NCBI RefSeq assembly: GCF_001194135.2
Contig: NC_068983.1
Location: forward strand, 15,273,162 to 15,337,161
Direction: 5' to 3'
Length of the DNA stretch: 64,000 nt
DNA from: Octopus bimaculoides
Taxonomy: Eukaryota
Shown: in pieces, positions 13,170 through 24,485 of the stretch
How positions within the stretch are numbered: position 1 is the stretch's first letter
Layout of the letters: each line of letters opens with the position of its first letter
Notes under the pieces: model-generated
What the model was told of the DNA's origin: nothing
Databases searched by the model: none
What the model saw: the letters and a program-made list of their open reading frames with translations, nothing else
Translations under genes and position numbers: made by a program

Positions 13170-15089
13170 CTGAGAAAAGGAGACACATGTGAAAGAAAGG
13201 TAACACAATATTACAGAGATTTGGAATTTCATTCTTCCATATATACATACATACAAACACACACACATATGTCAGTCTAAATTCCAGCTATAAATATGCA
13301 TGAATGCATGCATATATATATGTCATAGCCGATGCCAGTACTGCCTGACTGGCACGGGACCAGTCAGGCAGCACTGGCATCAACCACGTTAGTATGGTAC
13401 TTTTTATGCGTCACTGGCACGGGAGCCAATCTGATGGGACTGGCATTGACCACGCTCAAATGGTGCCTTTATAATTTGAGGCCAAAGAAAAATAGACTGG
13501 ATAGCAAAGACAGTGCAACATGTCCAGACTGTCGCATTTAACCCCGTATTATTCATCACTGCATGTTAGATGTCTGACCATCAGCCATATAGAGGCATGG
13601 TCATTGTCATCATTATCATTGTATTTTAATGTCCATTGTTCCATACTTCCATGATCTGGACAGAATTTGTTGACGACTGGCACCCATGCCAACGTTGTCT
13701 CCTTCATTGGACACGAAACTCAGCTTGCGAAGACTTATTGGGGCAAGCGAAAGCGAAATNNNNNNNNNNNNNNNNNNNNNNNNNNNNNNNNNNNNNNNNN
13801 NNNNNNNNNNNNNNNNNNNNNNNNNNNNNNNNNNNNNNNNNNNNNNNNNNNNNNNNNNNNNNNNNNNNNNNNNNNNNNNNNNNNNNNNNNNNNNNNNNNN
13901 NNNNNNNNNNNNNNNNNNNNNNNNNNNNNNNNNNNNNNNNNNNNNNNNNNNNNNNNNNNNNNNNNNNNNNNNNNNNNNNNNNNNNNNNNNNNNNNNNNNN
14001 NNNNNNNNNNNNNNNNNNNNNNNNNNNNNNNNNNNNNNNNNNNNNNNNNNNNNNNNNNNNNNNNNNNNNNNNNNNNNNNNNNNNNNNNNNNNNNNNNNNN
14101 NNNNNNNNNNNNNNNNNNNNNNNNNNNNNNNNNNNNNNNNNNNNNNNNNNNNNNNNNNNNNNNNNNNNNNNNNNNNNNNNNNNNNNNNNNNNNNNNNNNN
14201 NNNNNNNNNNNNNNNNNNNNNNNNNNNNNNNNNNNNNNNNNNNNNNNNNNNNNNNNNNNNNNNNNNNNNNNNNNNNNNNNNNNNNNNNNNNNNNNNNNNN
14301 NNNNNNNNNNNNNNNNNNNNNNNNNNNNNNNNNNNNNNNNNNNNNNNNNNNNNNNNNNNNNNNNNNNNNNNNNNNNNNNNNNNNNNNNNNNNNNNNNNNN
14401 NNNNNNNNNNNNNNNNNNNNNNNNNNNNNNNNNNNNNNNNNNNNNNNNNNNNNNNNNNNNNNNNNNNNNNNNNNNNNNNNNNNNNNNNNNNNNNNNNNNN
14501 NNNNNNNNNNNNNNNNNNNNNNNNNNNNNNNNNNNNNNNNNNNNNNNNNNNNNNNNNNNNNNNNNNNNNNNNNNNNNNNNNNNNNNNNNNNNNNNNNNNN
14601 NNNNNNNNNNNNNNNNNNNNNNNNNNNNNNNNNNNNNNNNNNNNNNNNNNNNNNNNNNNNNNNNNNNNNNNNNNNNNNNNNNNNNNNNNNNNNNNNNNNN
14701 NNNNNNNNNNNNNNNNNNNNNNGATACGAAGAAAACAAGGACAGGTCATTCGGAGTTTTCTTTCATCTGTCGAGATCCAGATTATCCTTGCAATTTCGGC
14801 TGGTTATTCTCGATATTGCTCCAACCTGGCCAGCCCCAAGGAAAAACTAAGCTAAGAGCATTAGATTCCTTGGAAGAAAGCAGCGAATGTATACAAAAAC
14901 AAGGACGGAAAAAAACGAACAATGTTACACAAATACAATAGGAATAATAAAACAGGACATAACAACACACGTCTTTCGACTAAGGACGAATTAAATTAGG
15001 CTAACGTTGTGGAAATAAAGCCTTATGACATCCATTGTCCTCATGCTATAGGTCTGTTTAAACAGAATAACTGACCTAAGATTACAACA

Positions 15090-15240
15090 ATTGATTTATC
15101 TGTTTGTGCAAAAGTATGTTGTATGAAGCATGTGTAATACATGTGAAGCTACACGATAGTAAAACATGGGCAATGAAAGTAAGAGATTTGAGAAGACTAG
15201 AAAGAAATAAGGCAAACATGATATATCAGATGTGTAATGT
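15090..15240 (+). mobile_element. RTE LINE ORF fragment
   Basis: LYEACV..LHDSKTWAM..DLRRLERNKANMIYQMCNV, similar to the RTE motif LY.ACV...L.GSETW...RLERN..M..WMCNV; truncated by a SINE insertion at 15241. Confidence 0.75.
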
Positions 15241-16532
15241 TGTTGTTGTTGGCTCTCCATCACTTCCGACGACGAGGGTTCCAGTTGATCCAATCAACGG
15301 AACAGCCTGCTCGTGAAATTAACGTGCAAGTGGCTGGGCACTCCACAGACACGTGTACCCTTAACGTAGTTCTCGGGGATATTCAGCGTGACACAGTGTG
15401 ACAAGGCTGGCCCTTTGAAATACAGGTACAATAGAAACAGGAAGAGGAAGAAAGAGTGAGAGGAAGTTGTGGTGGATGAGTACAGCAGGGTTTGCCACCA
15501 TCCCCTGCCGGAGCCTCGTGGAGCTTTAGGTGTTTTCGCTCAATAAACACTCACAACACCCGGTCTNNNNNNNNNNNNNNNNNNNNNNNNNNNNNNNNNN
15601 NNNNNNNNNNNNNNNNNNNNNNNNNNNNNNNNNNNNNNNNNNNNNNNNNNNNNNNNNNNNNNNNNNNNNNNNNNNNNNNNNNNNNNNNNNNNNNNNNNNN
15701 NNNNNNNNNNNNNNNNNNNNNNNNNNNNNNNNNNNNNNNNNNNNNNNNNNNNNNNNNNNNNNNNNNNNNNNNNNNNNNNNNNNNNNNNNNNNNNNNNNNN
15801 NNNNNNNNNNNNNNNNNNNNNNNNNNNNNNNNNNNNNNNNNNNNNNNNNNNNNNNNNNNNNNNNNNNNNNNNNNNNNNNNNNNNNNNNNNNNNNNNNNNN
15901 NNNNNNNNNNNNNNNNNNNNNNNNNNNNNNNNNNNNNNNNNNNNNNNNNNNNNNNNNNNNNNNNNNNNNNNNNNNNNNNNNNNNNNNNNNNNNNNNNNNN
16001 NNNNNNNNNNNNNNNNNNNNNNNNNNNNNNNNNNNNNNNNNNNNNNNNNNNNNNNNNNNNNNNNNNNNNNNNNNNNNNNNNNNNNNNNNNNNNNNNNNNN
16101 NNNNNNNNNNNNNNNNNNNNNNNNNNNNNNNNNNNNNNNNNNNNNNNNNNNNNNNNNNNNNNNNNNNNNNNNNNNNNNNNNNNNNNNNNNNNNNNNNNNN
16201 NNNNNNNNNNNNNNNNNNNNNNNNNGTGGATTTGGTAGACGGAAACTGAAAGAAGCCCGTCGTATATATGTATATGTATGTGTGTGTATATGTTTGTGCG
16301 TCTGTGTTTGTCCCCCCAACATCGCTTGACAACCGATGCTGGTGTGTTTACGTCCCCGTAACTTAGCGGTTCGGCAAAAGGAGACCGATAGAATAAGTAC
16401 TAGGCTTCCAAAGAATAAGTCCTGGGGTCGATTTGCTCGACTAAAGGCGGTGCTCCAGCATGGCCGCAGTCAAATGACTGAAACAAGTAAAAGAGTAAGA
16501 GTAAAAGAGTAAGCAAAATAAGTCCAACTCAC

Positions 16533-16597
16533 CATAACAAGATCAGATCTCTGGCAATCTAAAGCTGCTATGCACACTTGTTCATATATTAACCACA
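16533..16597 (-). CDS. EMC2: EMC2 coding exon 3 (LWLIYEQVCIAALDCQRSDLVM)
   Basis: ttccag| and |gtgagt, 65 nt; matches the conserved EMC2 motif WxIYEQVxIAALD. Confidence 0.96.
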
Positions 16598-16964
16598 CTG
16601 GAACATAGAAAACAACATAATGAAAATCAAAGTAATTAAGAGTGGAAAATTAAATAATTCATAAGGAACTAGAAATTATTGAAAGTTAAACAGGCAGGGA
16701 GCTGCAGTTGTCTGTATCATGATGGTATGAAGCTATGGACTCCATAATCAACAGCTCAGAACCCATCTCCAGCATAACATTATACCTCTGGCAAAACTTT
16801 CACTTGCCCAGTCTACTTGGCTGTAAATAGATAATGCAGGAAATATAGTTCGTAGCTACAATCAACAATGGGAATGGGAGAGGCACTGAATAATCGAGCA
16901 GAGTTAAGTAAAACAGCTCCCATGATAGATTGGCATTCTATGTCAGTTAAAAATATCTCAAGCA

Positions 16965-17445
16965 CTTCATCATCATTGTTTAACGTCCGCTTTCCATGCT
17001 AGCATGGGTTGGACGATTTGACTGAGGACTGGTGAGCCAGATGGCTGCACCAGGCTCCAATCTGATCTGGTAGAGTTTCTACAGCTGGATGCCCTTCCTA
17101 ACGCCAACCACTCTGAGAGTGTAGTGGATGCTTTTACATGCCACCGGCACGAAGGCCAGTCAAGCGGTACTGGCAACAGCCACGCTCAAAATGGTGTTTT
17201 TTACATGCCACCTGCACAGGAGCAAGTCCAGCGGCACTGGCAACAACCTCGCTTGAATGATTTCCTAAAGTGCCACTAGCACGGAAGCCAGACAACTGCT
17301 CCGGCAATGATCACGCTCGGACAGTGCTGTTAGTGCTCCACTGTCATGGGTACCAGTCATCGAATATGGTTCAATTACGATTTCGATTTCACTTGCCCCA
17401 ACAGGTCTTCGCAAGCAGAGTTTAGTGTCCAATGAAGGAGAGGTT
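16965..17445 (-). mobile_element. Family A (RTE 3'UTR) copy, minus strand
   Basis: Begins catcatcattgtttaacgtccgctttccatgctagcatgggt. Other minus-strand copies at ~19920-20165, 26440-26530, 35625-36014, 42920-43140 and 54620-54860. Confidence 0.85.
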
Positions 17446-17689
17446 CATATTTTAAAAACAAAATAAGCACCATCTGTGTACATGCAACCTCTTGATTAGC
17501 AGTGAGCTTGCTAGTCGTGTTCATATAGAAAATATGCAAACCAGTAAAATTTTGTAGCTTTTTAATCTAGACAAAAATTATTATTGAAAACAAATAGAGC
17601 CACTTCATAGCAAATTTCTACAATTCATCATTATATAATTAAATCGAAACAATCATAGGTTAAGGCTTTTCCTTGAATAGTGAGGGCAC

Positions 17690-18008
17690 GTGGCTTAGTG
17701 GTTAGGGTATTCAGCTCACAATCACAAGGTCATGAGTTCAATTTCTGGTGGTGTGTTGTGTCCTTGAGCAAGACACTTTATTTTGCGTTGTGCTAGTCCA
17801 CTCAGCTGGCAAATATGAGTAGTACTTGTAATTCAAAGGACCAGCCTTATCAGATTCCATGTCACGCCAAATCTCCTTGGAGACTACGTTAATGGTATGC
17901 ATGCACTTGTGTGCAGAGTGCTTAGCCACTTGCACGTTAATTTCACAGACAGGCTGTTCTGTTGATCAGATCAACTGGAACCCTCATTGTTGTAACCGAT
18001 GGAGTATC
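17690..18008 (+). mobile_element. tRNA-headed SINE with a different body but the family D tail (D')
   Basis: tggcttagtggttagg head, gtccttgagcaagacacttt...cactcagctggcaaa body, then a tgtaattcaaagg...gatcaactggaaccctc tail shared with family D. Confidence 0.75.
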
Positions 18009-18059
18009 GGTTCCTAGAATAAAATAAGAGGAGAAAGCATACAATTATTCATTTCTTAC

Positions 18060-18173
18060 ATTCATCTCCTAAATTATAAGCATAGTTCATGAGTACATCT
18101 TCCCAAATCTGTACAACCATGGCAGCATCTCGGATTTGATCCTCTCGCAATTTACGAAGATAGCAACGAGCAT
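18060..18173 (-). CDS. EMC2: EMC2 coding exon 2 (DARCYLRKLREDQIRDAAMVVQIWEDVLMNYAYNLGDE)
   Basis: ttctag| acceptor and |gtaaga donor, 114 nt; aligns by eye to the EMC2 N-terminus (human MRDKMRKWREE...SKLGDD). Confidence 0.93.
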
Positions 18174-21100
18174 CTAGAAGTTAATGTAAAAAATATTTTA
18201 TAAACATTGTTTGTAAAAACCAAAGAAAATATAATGCATTAATTACATGAAAATAAAGAAAATAAAAATATTAAAAGAAAATCATTGCAAAACAAAAAGA
18301 TATATTCTGGTATTACAATTAATCTGGTAAAAATAGAAAAAAAAAACAGATTAAATATTAATTTAGACTTTACAAAATCTGATCTGGCAGAGTGGAGCCT
18401 GCACCAGGCTCCACTCTGCCAGATCAAATTGGAGCCTGGTGCAACCATCTGGTTCGCCAGTCCTCAGTCAAATCGTCCAACCCATGCTAGCATGGAAAGC
18501 GGACGTTAAACGATGATGATGATGATGATGAATGAGCTTCTTCATCCTACCACTTGCGGCATCATTGTTTTATTATTGTAGTGCTAGATACAATTTGCAT
18601 GGCAATATCATGTGACTGAGACTAAGATTACATGATAAAGACTATTTGATTTGACAGCTCTTTTTGGTATTGAAGAGGTTTTTTCCTTTTGTTTTGCATA
18701 CAACTTCAGCCTAACTTGGAAATTCAGTTAAGGCCAGCAGAATAAGAGACATGTGACTACTGCTTTACTCTAAGACACATTTTGCTGTGAGACAACATTA
18801 AAGGACTTGAACAATGCCCTGCGTCTAGGATTATAAACACAATCTATTTGCCAGTAATAATGACTTTACCATAAAGAATATCAGAATAGCGCTGGCACAC
18901 AATAATCAAAGATGAACATATTTTTGAGGTTAATGAGGGAAATAAAAGGTGGGATTCTAAAGTAAAACAAGAAGGATATCAAAGTCTCAATGATCAGAAG
19001 ACCAACCTGCAACAACCACATAACAAGGGACCCTATCAAGCCAAGTGAGTTTCTACTGAGCCAACATCTCCTTTAAATCACACCCTACCATCCTAAAGAA
19101 AAGGCAATACTCCTAAGTGCACCGTGCTGAAAAAAATCTTAGATGGGTTATATCTTTGACCACAGGTTTGCTTCGTGATGGTTGACCTGGGGCTAAACAG
19201 CAAGAATCATAAATATTTTAAAACAATGCATCTCATAACATTTATAACCTATCTCATTAACTTGAAAAAATATTTTTTTAAAAAACTACTTCCAAAAGTT
19301 TAGTTTTCCTGGTTGAAATGTTGTAGAACTATAAACCAAACACTATAAAAGTTTTGATGGATTCTTTATTGCCTTCATCCGTCAAATATCAGCCAGAATT
19401 TTTTTTTGAGTAATATATCAGCCTCCTGTCAGCTGCGTTCTTCAAGTGCTATCTTTAGACTGATATCCAATAATCTGCACACTTTCAAAATGATTGAATT
19501 TATTCTACCTGGTCACTATTTCGCCAAGACATTTTCAGCTTTTGATCAGCTGCCAAATATTTCAGAAACTCATCTACATGCATACCATAATTTATTCAGC
19601 ATACAGGGTTTTCTCATAGCATATGGTTCACCTTATTCCAGACAAACAACCATGTCCATTTTTCATTTTAAATGTCTACAAAATTTCATTTTGTGGTACA
19701 TGTTCATTGGATTTCCTTCATAAGATATACTTACACAAAACCATTAACAAACAATAATGCTAACCAAAAGTTAAATGTGGATCAAAGAGTTTTATGAAAG
19801 TGAAATCTGAATGCAAAATTTTCAAAAAAAAAAAACTGTCAGTCCATTTCAAAATTTTATTTTAAAAAAACATTATTACAACATAAATAGAGGTAAACTT
19901 ATGATAATATAAAACACTTATCATCATCGTCGTTTAACGACCGCTTTTACGTGCCACCTGCACAGGAGCCAGTCCAGCGGCACTGGCAACGATCTTGCTA
20001 GAATGTCTTTTCACGTGCCAGGAAGGCGACGCTGGTAACGATCACGCTCAAATGGTGCTATTTACGTGCCACCAGTACAGAAGCCAGACAGCTGCTCTGG
20101 CAACGATCACACTCGAACAGTACTCTTTGCGCTCCACTGGCACAGGTGCCATCACGATTTCGCTGCATTCATTTTCTCAATACAAATTCTCTCATATATG
20201 ATGGGAAAATAATTTATTCCACTTCAGTTTCTCAATTTATTTTTATTCCTCAATCAGAGAAATTTGATGGACTGTCTATGAATATTATTACCCACCCAAA
20301 CTTAATACCTACCGAAGCAGACTTGCCGTATTGACCTGGTGTTTGCAACTTAAAATGGATAAAACTTTTATTAATTTCAGTGATAGTATTCATACCATTA
20401 GTATAAACTCCATCAGTCCATAGAAATTATTAACCCAATCATAAGGAACGCCTCTATGAAAATTGCACCAGTTAATAAATGTCTCGCCACCCAATTGTAA
20501 CTTGGAAAGTGCTATTATATTATGGAATGTATCTTTAGAACAAAAGTTGGTGAGCCAATTGCCCTTATTCAAGACCTGAAAAATCGTAAATCATCCTTGT
20601 GTCCAGATGCATGCATCTGTTACATTTCCAGTGAAATCCACCTACATGCTGAACATATCAATTGGATGTAGCGGCTTGCTGACAGTACATGCAGTTAATC
20701 TTATTTCAAATAAAACATTAACAGTCCTGTTGATTTACAAGTTTAGATATTAATGACAGCAAAGTTCATTCTTTATTTTCAATGTCAACAGACAACAAAA
20801 TTTCATTTGTGGTAACTATTACTCTTTTACTTGTTTCAGTCTTTTGACTGTGGCCATGCTGGAGCACTGCCTTTAGTCGAGCAAATCGACCCCAGGACTT
20901 ATTCTTTGGAAGCCTAGTACTTATTCTATCGGTCTCTTTTGCCGAACTGCTATGTTACGGGGACATAAACACACCAGCATCGGTTGTCAAGCGATGTTGG
21001 GGGGACAAATACAGACATACAAACACATACATATATATATATATACATATATACGACAGGCTTCTTTCAGTTTCCGTCTACCAAATCCACTCACAAGGCT

Positions 21101-22504
21101 TTGGTCAGCCCGAGGCTATAGTAGAAGACACTTGCCCAAGATGCCACGCAGTGGGACTGAACCAGGGACCATGTGGTTGGTAAGCAAGCTACTTACCACA
21201 CAGCCATTCCTACGCCTATTACCTTCATAATTTTTTTTTTTTTTTGTACAATTCTGTATTTATACCATGAAGCAATGAATAAATAAAAACCTGGACAACA
21301 AACAAATGATTACAGTTCAATACTTTACCAACTACGAACGCGGATAATTTTTTTTTTCTTCCTAATTTAAGGAATTAAATGCACGGCATTAAAAGGAAAG
21401 GCTTTTGCAATCGTTAAATATTAATCTTATTGTTGATAGGTATTAGGTTTTTAATGGCTTGTCAGAGTAGAAAGGTCAGTACCTACGACCTTTTTTTAGG
21501 ATGTCTGCAACTGGTGGGGGGGAAATGGAACTTATCCTTAAATTGGAGACTGGTATGTATGTGAATGCTTGTAATAGGTCGGACTGCTTAAGGCCCCAAC
21601 AGTTTAAAAGTCATGGAGCCCAGATAACTGAACTGACACCATTATTTTATTGATATTATCTTTATTGATTCCGTAGTCATGGAAAGTAATGAAGTCATTA
21701 ATAGGAGAGCGTAAATAATTTGTCTATCAATCAGTAACCCAGAAGATGATAACTAGAGTACGATGCCCTTATTATCGTTTTTTCACGTGGTTTCCAACAG
21801 AAGAAAACATCTCAGTCAAAACCACAAATCATTAGAACAGCATATTGATGTTAAGCTCGGGTTAAGACTCTTGAAGTTCATATTTCAAAACCGGTGATAT
21901 TTAACTGACTAGCTGATTAAATTACAAAATTTAAAAATATAAATAAACCTAAGCAATTAGCATAACGCCGTTCGCTTGGTCAAAATTTAGAAATGTCTAT
22001 TACACTTATATAAACATAAAATAGTTTGCATAGAAATGTGATAGAATAAAATAAACCTATAGAAAAGAACAAGGGAAAATAGAGATGAAACTACGACGAG
22101 AAAGTGCTTAGCAAATAAATATCTGAAAAAATAATACATTCGGTTGGAAGAACGTTTTGGTTAACCAGAACAGAGATAAAATGTTAGTGTATGTGCGTGT
22201 GTAAACATTTAATCAGTAAATGTATTAAACAGAAACAGTATTTATATCTTTATGATGTACTTATCTACTAACCTGATCAACTAAGTTACTACAATCACGA
22301 CGAAAATTTATAACTGCTCGAATACAGATTTGGAAGAATATTATATATTGGGAAGACCAACTCTTATGAAATAACTGTGAGTTTTGAATTTCTTTAATTT
22401 TGCACTTTATTTTCTCTTCATTTATTTTTACCAATACAGGTTTTAAAATATAGGATGGGTGTAAATCTATTTAAAAAAAAAAGGGGGTGTAGTTATTTTC
22501 AATG

Positions 22505-22718
22505 GGCGATCTTTCGATACCAGTACGAAATATCGGCTTTTTCCGTAATACCCACACGATCTTCACTCGGGTGTTAGGGTTTTAGTGTCAGGGTTAGGGT
22601 TTTAGGGTTAGTGTTTAGGGTTACGGTTACGGACGGAATTCCCAAACCGTAACCATCTTTCCCTCCAACACTTTTTACGGAAAAGGCCGATATTTCGTAC
22701 TGGTATCGAAAGATCGCC
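22505..22718. mobile_element. MITE with ~44-bp TIRs, 8-bp TSD and internal TTAGGG-like repeats
   Basis: ggcgatctttcgataccagtacgaaatatcggc..ttttccgtaa and its inverse; flanks tttcaatg / ttccaatg. Confidence 0.85.
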
Positions 22719-23240
22719 TTCCAATGTTTTCAACCCCATAAATAAACTAGGTAGTGTTAAATGTTGTGATGTAAAGACTTACACAAAAAAGTTCACCAGC
22801 AACTAAAAGTGAAAAAAAAAAGTAGGATGTTCCGTTTGTATTATAACATATGCAAGAAAATTACTTGAATGAAAGAAAGGGTAGAACGGTATTTTAGAGA
22901 AACGTGTCTATCTATCTATATTTATTATGTGTGAGTCTGTATAAGACACATACGTAAAGAGAGATATTATTAAAAAGCGATAAAATAGGTATATTGTGTA
23001 ATTAATTATCAATAGAATGGACTGGGTTGTAAGATAGGATGAGCAGAGGAAAGAGAAACGATTGAACCGAAATGTTTAATAATCCCGGTGTTACATCTGG
23101 AACAGCCTTCTATGTATATCTACTCCTATTGGAGAAGAGAAACTAGAACGTCTGTATTCAGAATATTTCAAAAAAATAACTCGTCATAGTTGAAAGGAAA
23201 AATAAATGAAAACTATGAACGGTACAATGATATTATTTAC

Positions 23241-23274
23241 CTTCGAAATTTGATAGATTTAACTGCTCGGCCAT
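23241..23274 (-). CDS. EMC2: EMC2 coding exon 1 (MAEQLNLSNFE, phase-1 end)
   Basis: ATG at 23274, then G|gtaaat donor; joins in frame to exon 2 (G+AT=Asp); lies in a CpG-rich promoter-like region. Confidence 0.85.
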
Positions 23275-23480
23275 GATGTGAAAAAAAAGGGTTTTGCTAA
23301 AACACGGAACGTAACACAGGCGCGGAATCCGTAACTTACAGAAAGCTAAATTGCTTTCGAGAGATATTTTATAATTTTCAAATATGAACTTCGAAATAAG
23401 GAAACAGAAAAACTAGTAATACCCGTTTATGTTGAAGATATTATCTTTTTAAGTAAACTGACTCAAAACGATATTTTCGT
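23275..23480 (-). promoter_or_regulatory. Probable EMC2 5'UTR/core promoter
   Basis: Immediately upstream of the EMC2 ATG; unique sequence with retained CpGs (e.g. cacggaacg, ggcgcggaatccg). The TSS is not locatable from sequence. Confidence 0.45.
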
Positions 23481-24087
23481 TGGAAACAAATGCTTGCGAA
23501 ATTACAAAGTACTTTTTTACCTGTAGATTAAATATAAAAGATTACAAAGATATAATCTATTTATTCTCTAACCTTAAAAAGCTGAAGTTTTAAATAATTA
23601 GAGATATATTTCAAACATTTTCTGGTTCCCATAATTATTTATAACGGGAACATTTTAAGCAAAACTGGTAAATTATATGAACAACATGTTTAATAGTAGG
23701 ACAGAGACTCCCATATAATTGTTATGTAAAAAAAAAAAANNNNNNNNNNNNNNNNNNNNNNNNNNNNNNNNNNNNNNNNNNNNNNNNNNNNNNNNNNNNN
23801 NNNNNNNNNNNNNNNNNNNNNNNNNNNNNNNNNNNNNNNNNNNNNNNNNNNNNNNNNNNNNNNNNNNNNNNNNNNNNNNNNNNNNNNNNNNNNNNNNNNN
23901 NNNNNNNNNNNNNNNNNNNNNNNNNNNNNNNNNNNNNNNNNNNNNNNNNNNNNNNNNNNNNNNNNNNNNNNNNNNNNNNNNNNNNNNNNNNNNNNNNNNN
24001 NNNNNNNNNNNNNNNNNNNNNNNNNNNNNNNNNNNNNNNNNNNNNNNNNNNNNNNNNNNNNNNNNNNNNNNNNNNNNNNNNNNNNNN

Positions 24088-24485
24088 GAAACGTTAGCAC
24101 GCCGGGCGATAATGCTTAGCGGTATTTCGGCTACCGTTACGTTCTGAGTTCAAATTCCGCCGAGGTCGACTTTGCCTTTCATCCTTTCGGGGTCGATAAA
24201 TTAAGTACCAGTTACGCACTGGGTCGATATAATCGGCTTAACCCCTTTGTCTGTCCTTGTTTGTCCCCTCTATGTTTAGCCCCTTGTGGGCAGTAAAGAA
24301 ATAAGAAACGTTAGCACACCGGACGAAATGTTTAGCGTTCTGAGTTCAAATTCCGCCGAGGTCGACTTTGCCTTTCATCCTTTCGGGTCGATAAATTAAG
24401 CACCAGTTGCGTACTGAGGTTGATCTAATCTACTGGCCCCGTCCCCAAAAATTTCGGGCCTTGTGCCTAGAGTAGAAAAGAATAA
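24088..24485 (+). mobile_element. Head-to-tail dimer of 'family C' SINEs (Deu/Nin-domain-like) with two different tails
   Basis: B-box gagttcaaattcc then gcctttcatcctttcggggtcgataaattaagtaccag, resembling the Deu/Nin conserved domain. Other copies at 5140-5360(+), 7560-7775(-), 25255-25477(-), 44240-44492(-), 48140-48350(-), 54090-54252(-) and 63030-63200(-). Confidence 0.8.

Noticed and set aside
19406-19723. 105-aa plus-strand ORF in EMC2 intron 1
   Set aside because: No ATG start or domain similarity; more likely the antisense of a decayed LINE.
23296-23339. Possible 43-nt intron in the EMC2 5'UTR (gtaagt...ttttag)
   Set aside because: Very short and untestable without transcripts.
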